The position numbers and the translations under genes are program-made. Below, piece after piece: positions 20,546-31,700 of a DNA stretch of 64,000 nt. Numbering within the stretch: the first letter of the stretch is position 1; each line of letters starts with the position of its first letter. The stretch is from an uncultured virus (IMG/VR IMGVR_UViG_3300005663_000032) (Duplodnaviria > Heunggongvirae > Uroviricota > Caudoviricetes), in IMG/VR virus record IMGVR_UViG_3300005663_000032. One strand, 5' to 3'. The notes beneath the pieces were generated by a model. That model was not told where the DNA came from. It made no database searches and saw only the letters and a program-made list of their open reading frames with translations.

Positions 20546-22447
20546 GTGGAAAAGAAAAGAGAAATAATTTTAATCGTAATCATCACTATATTACTAATTT
20601 CTTCATTGGGTATTTATTTTATATTTATAGATGAAACTTTACCTTATGACGATGCAGTAACTGTTGGAATGCTGGATAGCGGACTTCCATATTCATATGT
20701 GGATGAAACGACAGTAATGAAATCATTTGTAACTGTTGAAAATGGTTTTGATCACAATGAGGATGTCTACGATCTCAACGGGCATGGTGGACAGGTTTAT
20801 AATACCTTAATTAACACACTCTCTGATTGGCGACAGGTAAAAATTGTCTCTGCAAAAGTAATTGATGTGAATGGTTTTGGTCATTTTGGTGGATTGTTTG
20901 AAGCAGTGGAATGGATAAATACACAAGATGTCGATGTGCTGGTGTTCTCAGGGGGGGCGCCCAACAGATTTGAATTTACCAATATGGCGTTGCTAAAAAA
21001 CACCGTTATCGGTGGTGCTGCAGTTGTGATGGCTGCAGGGAATTCTGGGAACTATAATTATACTCATGGAAGTGTTTCGTATCCCGCATCATCTCCATGG
21101 ACTTTATCTGTCGGGGCATTAAATACTATCGGTGAACGGGCTTATTATTCTGCGGTCGGTAAATCGGAATTGGGACTATATGCAGTTGATCTGGTGGAAG
21201 AAGGATTATATTTGGATGAGAATGGTGATTATGGATCTGAATTCGGGACCTCATTTGCAGCCCCGAGGACCGCTGCAAAAATTGCAGAAATATTATATTG
21301 GATGAAAAAACGAGGCAATACTCCCAGCCCCTCTGATTTATATGCACTTGCACTGAAATCAACAGGACAGGATTTTAGCCCAGACGTGGGTTTCGGTACA
21401 CCAAATATTGATAGAATGAAAGAATTGGCACCAACTCCCTTCTCGGTAATAAAATCTGGAAATGAATTCGAATTTAACGAACGATACACTCGATATGTGG
21501 GTGAAGCATGGTCTGATAGTTGGGTGATGTACAGCTATTTCGAAGAAGCAACCGAGATAATTTATATTCCGGCTTCAGTAATAATTGAGTCCCAACAAGT
21601 AAAAATTCCAATATCTTCACTAATAAACATGACACTCACAAGACTAGATCCGGCGATTAATATCAACATCATTACTAATTATTATGTGGGGACAGGAAAT
21701 AATTATACAGATATAATTCCGATATTATCAACTACTCCATTTGATTGGAAACTTCCAACTTATTTCTATCCTGATTCTCCTAAAGGTCGGGTTCTGATCG
21801 ATTACAGTGGACTCAATGATCTGGCATATCACGAATATGGCATATTAACTAATTCTATCATTGAGACAAGAGATGCTGGCTACATAGTTGATTTTTCAAC
21901 AAGAGATATATCTGATCTTAATTTGAATTTATACGATGTGATTTATTCACCACAATTTGAAGATAAATGGTTTGTTGGCTGGGAAAATGATACATTTCTC
22001 ACCTACTCATATTTTCATCCTGATGCAATCCCCTCGCTTCTGGAATATGTGGCAGACGGGGGTTTTTGGTTGACCTCGTTGGGGTACAATCCATATTTTG
22101 AGTACGATCCACCCGGTGCATTCAAATATCTATCATTTTATGAATCACTAAATGTATCTGTACGGGTGACGCCTACTCGCTTAATGGGACAAGAGGCATT
22201 TTTAACAGGTACTAACACTTCATACAGTCACCGCGGAATGTCTGTAACTCCAATTGGTGAAAACACAAAAACACTGTTCGAGATAGTGCACCCCGCGCTA
22301 GGTAATCTTTCCGTCGGAATTGAGGGCACATATAAAAATGGGATTTTTGCAATTATTGGAGATACTACTCCATTTACTTCAGAAAACCAACCAAATTTGT
22401 TAAAAGCAATAATTTCTCATTTTGAACATTTTTATAGCCAAGCATAA
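20546..22447 (+). CDS. membrane-anchored S8 subtilisin-like protease
   Basis: N-terminal TM; MLDSG, NGHG, AAGNSG, GTSFAAP catalytic motifs. Confidence 0.92.
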   Translation: MEKKREIILIVIITILLISSLGIYFIFIDETLPYDDAVTVGMLDSGLPYSYVDETTVMKSFVTVENGFDHNEDVYDLNGHGGQVYNTLINTLSDWRQVKIVSAKVIDVNGFGHFGGLFEAVEWINTQDVDVLVFSGGAPNRFEFTNMALLKNTVIGGAAVVMAAGNSGNYNYTHGSVSYPASSPWTLSVGALNTIGERAYYSAVGKSELGLYAVDLVEEGLYLDENGDYGSEFGTSFAAPRTAAKIAEILYWMKKRGNTPSPSDLYALALKSTGQDFSPDVGFGTPNIDRMKELAPTPFSVIKSGNEFEFNERYTRYVGEAWSDSWVMYSYFEEATEIIYIPASVIIESQQVKIPISSLINMTLTRLDPAININIITNYYVGTGNNYTDIIPILSTTPFDWKLPTYFYPDSPKGRVLIDYSGLNDLAYHEYGILTNSIIETRDAGYIVDFSTRDISDLNLNLYDVIYSPQFEDKWFVGWENDTFLTYSYFHPDAIPSLLEYVADGGFWLTSLGYNPYFEYDPPGAFKYLSFYESLNVSVRVTPTRLMGQEAFLTGTNTSYSHRGMSVTPIGENTKTLFEIVHPALGNLSVGIEGTYKNGIFAIIGDTTPFTSENQPNLLKAIISHFEHFYSQA

Positions 22448-22536
22448 AATTTGACTGTAATCCGAAATCTTATTAAAAGATATAGTAGAATTGAACATGT
22501 ACGCTACAAATAAGGTAGGCGTATAGGCAATTAACA

Positions 22537-23868
22537 ATGAACAAAAGTAAATACTTTCAATTCGCGTTGATGTGCTCTCTCTTAATGATTCCTATGGGGT
22601 TATTCGCCCCTATTCAGGTTCTAGCTGCAACAGATGAAAAACTCCCTGCAGCCTCTAGAGAACTCGCATACGACGTCGAGGTGTTCGCTAAATACACCTA
22701 CAACGAAACTGATCTTGCATCAGTGCGTGATGGTAGCGGCATCAAAGAGGGATCATATTTGATACCCTTCGCAACAGTTACCCAACAGGATAATGAAACG
22801 TTGGACGCAACATTCACACATAACCGTGGTTATATGGCGGATGCAAATATCGGTGATCTAAATATTACCGGTGGAACTTCTTATTCTTCAGACATATTTG
22901 GGGATGTCGGCACACTTCCTAGGAATTATGTGTTCCCATCTACCGCTCGTGCAAACTTCCAGACACTTGGTGTTTTGGACGAAACTGCTCTTCCAGATTT
23001 CGACAAAGACCAAGAACTTCAATACTTTATCCGTGAATCTCCAGCTCTCGATGAGGTTGAGTTAGACATTGCACAATCTCTCAAGAGAACTTGGACCGCC
23101 TCAAACATTTCGATCACATCAGTAGAAATAATTCTAACCTTCGAATGGTCTGCTTTAGAATCTCTTTTCATCGCAATGAAAGCCCATGAGGATTGGGACG
23201 AAGATGACCCAATGTCAACGGGTGAACTGGTATCAGTATTGGATGATGTCCTCCCCGCCTATACCTTTGGTTGGCACCTTGGGATGGTAAACATCACTGA
23301 TTTAAGAGAAAACGCTGACAAAGCCAACTGGGAAGGCACTGATGAAATTGTCGCAACATTAGCCAATGACACAGATGCTACATTATCTTCATTCTCAAAA
23401 TCCTGGCACATGACTAATGCAATGCTCAGTTATTTCGGTGAAAATGCCGATGCAATAACTGCAGCAGTTAATAACAAGAACTGGGGACAAGTCCTCGCAC
23501 CCGCGAGAGGTATGTTCAAAAATCTTGTTGCAACTGGTGAGACTGCCGAAGGTGAAGGAACAGTTGCTGTTGCATTCGCCCCTGCTGCAACTTTCGCAGT
23601 TGGTGGAGATATGGTTGACAGTGCACTAACTTTCGTGGAAACTCTTGAAGCAAGACTTGTGGAAATAATCACCTCAGTTCCCTATTTCGGAATTATTGTG
23701 ACTGCTTTCTTCCTGTACTTACTTGTACTATTAGTCACTGGTGAGTTCTCAGAGAAGAAAATTAAAGCCAAATTCGAGGAAGGTAAGAAATTATCTGCCG
23801 GAAAAGTAGCTACGCAACTAATAATCTTAGGTGCACTTATCTATCTTGTCTACGCCGTTGTGGCATAA
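22537..23868 (+). CDS. secreted protein with two C-terminal TM helices; candidate abundant envelope/structural protein
   Basis: Signal peptide, acidic ectodomain, 2 TM; visibly more C-ending codons than neighbours. Confidence 0.8.
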   Translation: MNKSKYFQFALMCSLLMIPMGLFAPIQVLAATDEKLPAASRELAYDVEVFAKYTYNETDLASVRDGSGIKEGSYLIPFATVTQQDNETLDATFTHNRGYMADANIGDLNITGGTSYSSDIFGDVGTLPRNYVFPSTARANFQTLGVLDETALPDFDKDQELQYFIRESPALDEVELDIAQSLKRTWTASNISITSVEIILTFEWSALESLFIAMKAHEDWDEDDPMSTGELVSVLDDVLPAYTFGWHLGMVNITDLRENADKANWEGTDEIVATLANDTDATLSSFSKSWHMTNAMLSYFGENADAITAAVNNKNWGQVLAPARGMFKNLVATGETAEGEGTVAVAFAPAATFAVGGDMVDSALTFVETLEARLVEIITSVPYFGIIVTAFFLYLLVLLVTGEFSEKKIKAKFEEGKKLSAGKVATQLIILGALIYLVYAVVA

Positions 23869-23960
23869 CTAAACCTTAAACTAAATAAAAAAATAACTAA
23901 TTAATAACTAAATTCAAACACATGCAATAATCTTATATTACACAAGACAATAGTTACATC

Positions 23961-24248
23961 ATGGGATTTGTACAAGACAACATGATAATTATCATCGCTG
24001 TCTCCGCAGTAGTATTAGTGTTCTTCATATGGGCATTTTTAACAGGAAAATTTAACAAAGGCATATCTGGTTTATTCGATAATCTTGGTGACACAGCAAG
24101 AGAAAACATAGTGAAAATGCTATGGTGGATTCTAGGTATTACAATTGTTGCTCTTACCGCATTGATGGGCTTAGGCTTTCTATTCTCTGGAGGCGACGAT
24201 TCATTTTTCCTATGGGATAAACTTGGCCTCCCCGGCAGCGGATCATAA
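23961..24248 (+). CDS. small 2-TM protein
   Basis: Two hydrophobic helices; AAACACATGC motif upstream. Confidence 0.75.
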   Translation: MGFVQDNMIIIIAVSAVVLVFFIWAFLTGKFNKGISGLFDNLGDTARENIVKMLWWILGITIVALTALMGLGFLFSGGDDSFFLWDKLGLPGSGS

Positions 24249-24370
24249 CATCTTACTCTATTCAAACTGAACAAACAATCCCATTTATCTCATTTTATTA
24301 TCACAATCGCCGCTACAAAAAATTCAAACTCATCCATTATCTTTTTTTATCATAGCATTAATTATCACAT

Positions 24371-24739
24371 ATGGTCACTCCGCCGGAAGCAATTGAACAA
24401 GCATTCGCTGATCTAATTATATTCTTTCTAAATCCAGTTACATTCATTATCATCACTGTTCTTGCTATCGCCGGAATGTTTTTCCCTAAAAACCGTCCAA
24501 TTTTGGAACGGTACACCTCAATCATATTATTATTCTTACCTCGTCTGATAGCTGCATTTGGAATTGCATTTGTTAAGAAAATGACATTCACCATATTATT
24601 AATCATAGCTGTGGCAATAATACTTGGTTTCTTAGTTCTGATAGTAGGTGGCTTTCTTGTTGGGATCGCAACTGGGGGGGATGTTCTTCAGGGCTGGTAT
24701 ATGCTTGCTGATTTGTGGACATACATTCGAGGAGGATAA
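24371..24739 (+). CDS. membrane protein
   Basis: About 3 TM segments. Confidence 0.7.
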   Translation: MVTPPEAIEQAFADLIIFFLNPVTFIIITVLAIAGMFFPKNRPILERYTSIILLFLPRLIAAFGIAFVKKMTFTILLIIAVAIILGFLVLIVGGFLVGIATGGDVLQGWYMLADLWTYIRGG

Positions 24740-25684
24740 ATGAGTATTGCAGATAAGACCGGACGCGGGCTGGGTAATCTGGTCGGCGGCATCGGCTCAA
24801 AATTACAAACTTTTCTATTTGGGCAGTTTTTATATGTAATACTGTACGTGCTTGCATTTATTATACCTGTGATTATTCTTGAAGTATTAGTAATGAACAG
24901 CAATGACACTTTTCAACATCTACTAATGTTACCGCTTGCAATATTTACATTTATACCTGCAATATTGTGGCACTGGCCAATTTCATTATTTATCGTTGGG
25001 CCGGCTGTTGGAACCACACAAATGATTTCATTAATATGGAATTCATTATTGGCTGCAATAGGTCATTTGTTTGCATTGGCTGCATCAATTATTTTAATAC
25101 CTTTTATGATCTTGGCAAAATTTGTTATTTTAGTACTTGCATGGGCAACCCAAGACGCAACGACCCCAAACAATCCTATAAGTTTCTCAGACATTATTAA
25201 TCTAAGCGTTAATGAATGTGCTGGCCCATATCCAATATTCCACGTCTCCGATTATTATCTGATGCATCAACTAAAAGACATGATTGACGCAATTGGAAAT
25301 ATAAAAATTCCGGGGGGTGGCACAGAAGTATGTGTGGATTTAGTTCCAGGGGATTTCTGGCCTGGTGATTGGGATGAAGGCAGCTGTTATACGGTTCCAA
25401 AACATGTTAGAGACGTAGCTGGGGTATCACAAATGTTTGTTGGTATAGATGCCTTCTTTGCGCTTCCATTTCCCCCAATTGAGGCCTTTCAACCATTAGT
25501 AATGATCGTTAATGGCTTATTTGGATGGGCAGTTTCTGATTACAGTGGACTAGAATTAATGAATGCAGCACTCTATATCAAAAACCCAACCTATACTTCA
25601 GATGGCACTCTTGCAGGAAAATCAGACCCATATTTTGAGGACTTTCTGGAAGGCATAATCGGGGCATTTTTAGGGTGTGGTTAG
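24740..25684 (+). CDS. membrane protein with Cys-containing ectodomain
   Basis: N-terminal TMs; coupled to upstream gene (TAAATG). Confidence 0.75.
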   Translation: MSIADKTGRGLGNLVGGIGSKLQTFLFGQFLYVILYVLAFIIPVIILEVLVMNSNDTFQHLLMLPLAIFTFIPAILWHWPISLFIVGPAVGTTQMISLIWNSLLAAIGHLFALAASIILIPFMILAKFVILVLAWATQDATTPNNPISFSDIINLSVNECAGPYPIFHVSDYYLMHQLKDMIDAIGNIKIPGGGTEVCVDLVPGDFWPGDWDEGSCYTVPKHVRDVAGVSQMFVGIDAFFALPFPPIEAFQPLVMIVNGLFGWAVSDYSGLELMNAALYIKNPTYTSDGTLAGKSDPYFEDFLEGIIGAFLGCG

Positions 25685-26108
25685 AATGAGCAAAAGAACA
25701 CTAAAACCTCGTACTCCAACACGCACTCCAAGTAAGAGGAAACGCCGAACCAAGACTAAAGCCAAGACAAGAAAGAATGAAAGTAGTTTTCCGAAGAAGA
25801 CCGCAAGATTTATTTTTACATTATTACCTATCTGGACATGGAAATTATCTGTTGCATTATGGCATGCGTTTGATCACGAGAGAAAAGCGTGGATCATTTT
25901 TAGCAGAATTATAATTGCTATGTTTATATTTCCGTTTCTGTGGCTTGGTATGATTGGCCTATACGTCATCATGATAATCCCTGCAACAATATATGGATTG
26001 TTGGCAATTTATCTATGGTCAAGCCATAAATTCGCTGCTGCGGCCGCAGGGGCGATCACGGGAGGCGGGCTCAAGGCCACCAATCCAAAAAATAAGAAGG
26101 TGAGATAA
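25677..26108 (+). CDS. membrane protein with basic N-terminus
   Basis: K/R/T-rich N-terminus followed by TMs. Confidence 0.7.
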   Translation: MVRMSKRTLKPRTPTRTPSKRKRRTKTKAKTRKNESSFPKKTARFIFTLLPIWTWKLSVALWHAFDHERKAWIIFSRIIIAMFIFPFLWLGMIGLYVIMIIPATIYGLLAIYLWSSHKFAAAAAGAITGGGLKATNPKNKKVR

Positions 26109-26109
26109 T

Positions 26110-27159
26110 ATGGGACATAATACTGGATCTAAAGATAACGTATTGAATGCTGTTGCATCAGCTTGGGTATTATTATTATCTTATTGGTCATTTTTTGGTA
26201 TTAGGCATTTAGCCGGATTTCTTAACGAAGAAGAAGATGCGATCGGGTTCTTCATATTGGATCAGGTAGAATTTTTCTTTGCCTATCCACTGAAAAGATA
26301 TTTGCATCTCGCAATAATCCCAAGTTTTCTTGGGCTGTTTATTCTGACTATTGAACGTTTTCCCGGCAAATTCTGGAGAAATAAAACACTCTCGCCAGTA
26401 AATTTATCACTAATCGCTGCGGTTGTTATGTCAATACAACTGATTCCTGCAATTCTTCTTGAAACTTCACCTTTTGGATTTATAGATCTGACAAATCCAA
26501 CATGGTTCTCAGATAAAATAATGGAAGATTATGGGGGCTATGCTGCTTTTACTATTATATTTCTTATGGGTATACTAATTGGTTTTATTCATGCGGTATT
26601 CAGTTGGGCACAAACTGGTGGTGAAAACCAATCTATTATTTGGAATGCCACGATGTCTTTTCTGATAATTTTATTATCCTATTTGTCATTTGTAGGCCTA
26701 TTGAATCTCGAGGGGTTCTTGGCAGAAGCCCCCTGGCATACGACTTCACTCGATGATTTCTTGGTAAAATATGGTTTTCTCACATTTTTGCGAGGGCCAA
26801 TTCGTCGGTATACTCACTTGATTGCAATACCTGGGCTTATTGGATTGGGGCATCTTACATGGCGCCGATTCGCTAATATGTCTGGCCCTGTGAATAAAAT
26901 GAAGAAGAGACGTACTAGACGAAAAGCAGCTACACGAAAAAATACTCAACTACCAAATTACACAAAATTAGGATTAATTTCATTATTTTTCATATTTGTT
27001 CAGACTGGAGTTGCTATACTTATTGGCATTCCCCACACTTGGTTGTCTGATTTATTCATGATTCCTTGGGGATATTCTATATTTGCAGGATCATATTTCT
27101 TGGGTCAGATATTTGGTTTACTGAAAGCAATCTTCGGTGGATTACAATCATACGATTAA
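26110..27159 (+). CDS. polytopic membrane protein with internal duplication
   Basis: Two similar halves (LLSY.SF.G...L.GFL and P..RY.HL..IP...GL..LT..RF). Confidence 0.8.
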   Translation: MGHNTGSKDNVLNAVASAWVLLLSYWSFFGIRHLAGFLNEEEDAIGFFILDQVEFFFAYPLKRYLHLAIIPSFLGLFILTIERFPGKFWRNKTLSPVNLSLIAAVVMSIQLIPAILLETSPFGFIDLTNPTWFSDKIMEDYGGYAAFTIIFLMGILIGFIHAVFSWAQTGGENQSIIWNATMSFLIILLSYLSFVGLLNLEGFLAEAPWHTTSLDDFLVKYGFLTFLRGPIRRYTHLIAIPGLIGLGHLTWRRFANMSGPVNKMKKRRTRRKAATRKNTQLPNYTKLGLISLFFIFVQTGVAILIGIPHTWLSDLFMIPWGYSIFAGSYFLGQIFGLLKAIFGGLQSYD

Positions 27160-27211
27160 ATTTATGGATACTTGAAAAAAATTATATAAGTTAAAGTTTA
27201 TAGCTATATTT

Positions 27212-27300
27212 GAGGAAGTATGGGTCACCTTTGGTGGCAAACTAAAATCGACTCCTTATCTCCTAGAGGAAGTTGGCGACCAATTCACTTCCTCTTTTTT
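27212..27300 (+). ncRNA. candidate ~85-nt small RNA
   Basis: TATA TTATATAA ~29 nt upstream, 8-bp terminal stem GAGGAAGT/ACTTCCTC, internal hairpins, oligo-T end. Confidence 0.6.
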
Positions 27301-27515
27301 TATTTTAATCTATATCTCTCAAAGAAATCCATTTCTGGCTCTTTCTCAAGATTGCGATAAATCCCGATTATCTCTTGTTCATTTGGCCTTTCTTCTAACA
27401 ACCACATAATAGTTCGTTGAATAATTCTATTTTGAAATCTTCGTAATCTCTGACGAAAGTGTTTGTGGAACCACAGGGCAGATTGTCTTGACACATTCAT
27501 ATATATGCTTTGCAT
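27300..27515 (-). CDS. hypothetical protein
   Basis: 71-aa ORF in otherwise empty space. Confidence 0.45.
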   Translation of the reverse strand: MQSIYMNVSRQSALWFHKHFRQRLRRFQNRIIQRTIMWLLEERPNEQEIIGIYRNLEKEPEMDFFERYRLK

Positions 27516-27557
27516 CTCTTAAAAACATATTTGACAGAGGTCTTCGAAAGTAATTGT

Positions 27558-27592
27558 CATTTTAATAAAACTCTGCCCAAACATAAAAAAAT
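27558..27592 (+). repeat. 35-bp direct repeat, left copy
   Basis: CATTTTAATAAAACTCTGCCCAAACATAAAAAAAT identical to 45846-45880. Confidence 0.95.
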
Positions 27593-27641
27593 AAACAATA
27601 TTATAAGGATTTAGAAAACTTAGATTTAGAGGTTTGGAACT

Positions 27642-28742
27642 ATGAAAACAAAAATTAAAACCCTATTGCGATCGGTAACTATTCTCATGTTATTATTAGT
27701 GGTTATTTTTAGCAACAGTAATATACAAAATACAACTGCAATACCATTAGTTCTCGAATCAGATATTTTGACTACAAATGGTGGAACTAATTTCACAGTA
27801 GCTTATACAAGAGAAAGTGATATATGGTCAGCTAATGCTACCAATACTTTCAAACTAAGTATTGATGTGATTGAATTCGGATTGGATACCATATCATTGA
27901 ATACTGTTTGGTTTGGATATAGATTCAGAAACGAAACAACGGATTTCACATACGAAAGTTGGAGTTCAGCAATTGGTAGGGTATCTCCATTATCACCATA
28001 TTGGGAAGATAGGGTAAGTTTAGATCCATCGAAAGTTGATAATCCTCCCTCAATCCTAAAATTAACACTTGCTTTAAAATTTGTAGAGAATTTTGTATCC
28101 AAATCAGATGAGGAATGGTCAATGATGTGGTCAGATGTTGTTATAATTACTTTAGATCCTAGTGCTACTGCAATTGAAATAACTGATCCTTTACCTGTTA
28201 TTATTGTTTCTTATACAGAAACGGAAACAATAACAGAAACAGTAGTTACCAATGATACCATAAGACAGACATGGGAAACACCATATTTTACAACTTATCC
28301 CCACGATCAAGTGATAGATATTAATCAAACCAACGGTAAAGCACTTCCTTATAATCTTACATGGGTAATACAGGGAACTAGTGATTATGGTAATTGGGGA
28401 AATGTAACATTGGATCATAATCCACTTTGGGTGGTGGAAGGTGCTTGGAATGTTGGAGTTCCTATTGTTATTAGTGGGCAAGGTCAAGGGTTAGTTAAGG
28501 GATATCATACTTACACTTTAATTGCTGAGGATAGGAGGGGTTTCAGTATTACACATGAGATTTATGTCAATGTAGTCAATATGACAGGGTTTGCTATCGA
28601 CAATCCCGAAATTGTTGCTAGTTTGAGTAATGAATATGGTGGCGCATCCCCAAATCTCCCAATTCCGTTCTCGACTTATACAATGGTGTTTTCTATTGGA
28701 GTTATGATTATCATTACAAAAATGCGTAATAAGTTAATTTAA
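27642..28742 (+). CDS. surface protein with C-terminal LPIP-TM-basic sorting signal
   Basis: Signal peptide, Thr-rich linker, Ig-like domain, SPNLPIPF...TKMRNK. Confidence 0.85.
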   Translation: MKTKIKTLLRSVTILMLLLVVIFSNSNIQNTTAIPLVLESDILTTNGGTNFTVAYTRESDIWSANATNTFKLSIDVIEFGLDTISLNTVWFGYRFRNETTDFTYESWSSAIGRVSPLSPYWEDRVSLDPSKVDNPPSILKLTLALKFVENFVSKSDEEWSMMWSDVVIITLDPSATAIEITDPLPVIIVSYTETETITETVVTNDTIRQTWETPYFTTYPHDQVIDINQTNGKALPYNLTWVIQGTSDYGNWGNVTLDHNPLWVVEGAWNVGVPIVISGQGQGLVKGYHTYTLIAEDRRGFSITHEIYVNVVNMTGFAIDNPEIVASLSNEYGGASPNLPIPFSTYTMVFSIGVMIIITKMRNKLI

Positions 28743-28745
28743 TGA

Positions 28746-31700
28746 TTGGTGTGTTATATGAATAAATCCAAGAAAAATAAAGTAATTGCAATAATCTGCA
28801 TTGCTTTATTTACAATTTCAATGTTACCTGCTGAACTAGGTGGTGACAAATTACGAGAGGCAATAGAAGAAAATACTGGGTTGGATTTTGATAATTCATT
28901 AATTAATAGTGTTAGTGGGGCTACTGATCCTTTAATTTGCGGGGATTTTAGTTGTAGTACAGGTTGGACTTTACAAAATGATGGATATGGTGTTCCAACT
29001 ATCAGTGGGGGTGTCCTTGATCTTGGAGTTGGCGATGGTCATAGTACTGCATATCAAACTGTTGGATATACTGTGGCTGAAATTACAGCGCTTGCTTTTA
29101 GGTTCATAGAGGATTGGGGGCAAATTTATGCGAGGTTTTATTATGTTGGTGGTGGATATTACACTTATACTTTTCCCCCATGGACTTGTTGTGTTTTTAG
29201 AACAGGTACATTCAATCCCGCTTTAATGGATCAATCCAAATCTATTAATCAATTTAGACTTTACAATACAGGTACTACAACTGAAAATTGGTATGGGGTT
29301 TATATAGATTATTTTACAATTTCAGTTGATTCAACTGCGCCTGTAATTACTACTCCATCGGGTACTACACAGGAATATGCTACTACAGGTACTTTTTCTA
29401 TTAATTGGCTTTCTACAGATAATTTTAATCTTGATGAGGTGTATGTAGATGATTCTGCTGGTGGTTATGTATATTCCACAAGTTCTGATTATTATGATTT
29501 AGCGATTACGGGAACATCAGATACGTTTACTACTACTTGGAATAAAAATGCCTTCTTAGGCATTAAAACATATAGAGGTAGAGTATATGATATAGTTGGT
29601 TTGTATGATACAACTACTGATGTTAGCGTTACAATTCAAGATACAACAAATCCAGATGTAACAAGCTATCCTTCAAACTCTAATTGTGAATATGCATCAA
29701 CAGGTACTTGTTCAATTGGAAATTGGGTTGCCACCGATTTATTACCTTCACAGTACAAGATACAGCGAAAGCTAGGTTCGGGGGGTACATATGCTGATGT
29801 TAGAGCTTTGACAGCTTGGGCTAGTGGTACACCGTATACATTTGATCATCCCAAAAATTTAGCATTAGGAAATGTCTATTATTACAAAACATATTTTGTG
29901 GATACTTCAACTAATTCTGCTTGGAGTACGGAAAATACAGTTACAATGGAGGATACCACAACTCCTACACAAACCGCTAGGCCAAGCACTCCTAGAGATG
30001 TAGAATATGCGAGTAGTGGAACTACTACCTTAAGTTTTTGGACAGGATCAGATTATCTCCCCTCCCAATATCGAGTTATGAGAGATTTCAATAGTGGGGG
30101 TTATGCACAAGTACAGGGGTGGACAGCGTGGACTAGTTCATCTCAGCAGGTAACATTTGAACATCCCGACACATTAGCTTTGGGTACTTACAAATATCGG
30201 GTAGAGTGGAAGGATACGACTGGTAATACTTATACTTCATCATCAATGGAAATTACAGTAAATCAACAGGATACCACCGATCCGATAGTCACAAGTTATC
30301 CGAGTAATACAAACGTGGAATATGCTTCAAGTGGGGTTTATACCTTATCTAATTGGATTGCAACTGATTTACTAGCTTCACAATATCGAATAATGAGACA
30401 ATTTGATGGGGGTGGCTATGCTGAAGTTCGTACTTGGACAACATGGGTGAGTGGAAATTCATATACCTATGATCATCCCAAAAATTTAGCTTTGGGATCT
30501 TATGATTATTATGCAGAATTTAGGGATACCACTCCGAACACCGTACAGAGTACAGTAACAGTGATTACACAACAAGACACTACCAATCCAATTGTAACTG
30601 TAGCACAGGGAGATATTAATGTAGAATATGCTTCTAGTGGTACTACTCAACTATCATGGACAGCAACAGATTTATTAGCTGACGATTACCAATTGGAGAG
30701 ACAATTCAACAGTGGCGGATATTCTGTGATTGTAGCATATGGTAATGGTTGGACTAGCGGGGTGGCTACCACCTATGCACATCAAAGAAATTTGGCTTTG
30801 GGATCTTATGATTACAGAATCACCTTTAAGGATACTAGTAGTCTTACAGCTCAAGATGTGGCAACCATTACTCAACAGGATACAACTAGTCCTGTGGTAA
30901 CACAATATCCGAGCGATATTCCCTGTGAGTATGCTTCAAGTGGAATTTGTAATGTTGGTGATTGGATTGCTACTGATTATTTCGCAAGTCAGTATAAGAT
31001 AGAATGGAATGGGACAGGTACAGGATGGGTAACTTTCCAAGATTGGAGTAGTTGGACATCGGGCAATTCTTATTCCATAAATCACGATAAAACATTAGCG
31101 CTGGGATCGTATCAGTATCGGGCAGTATTCAAGGATCAACAGACTTTAGAAACTACCAGTGGAGTTACCACTATCACTCAACAGGACACCACCAATCCAA
31201 TTGTGACTGCTATTCCTTCCAATAGTAGTGTGGAATATTCAGCAAGTGGAACTACGACCATAACTTATTGGACAGGTGGTGATTTGCTACCCGATAGTTA
31301 TATGATCTATCGACAATATAATGGCGGTGGATATTCTGCTATCACCAGTTGGATTGCTTGGTCATCTAATACCACACAAATTACTTTTCAACATGATAAT
31401 ACTTTACCTTTGGGGCTTTATGATTATTATATAGTGTTTAGAGATACCTCATTGAATACTGTAAATAGTGATGCCACGGGGGTGACACAGGAAGACACCA
31501 CTGATCCAATTTCCACCAACATACCTACGGATTATACGACTGAATATGCTACAAGTGGGGTTTATGCTCTTGAATTTTGGTCGGGTACTGATCTATTAGC
31601 TGATGAATATCAGATTGAGAGACAATATAATAGTGGTGGATGGGGTGTGATCAGAGCTTACACTACATGGGTTAGCGGAAATCAGTATTCAATAAATTTT

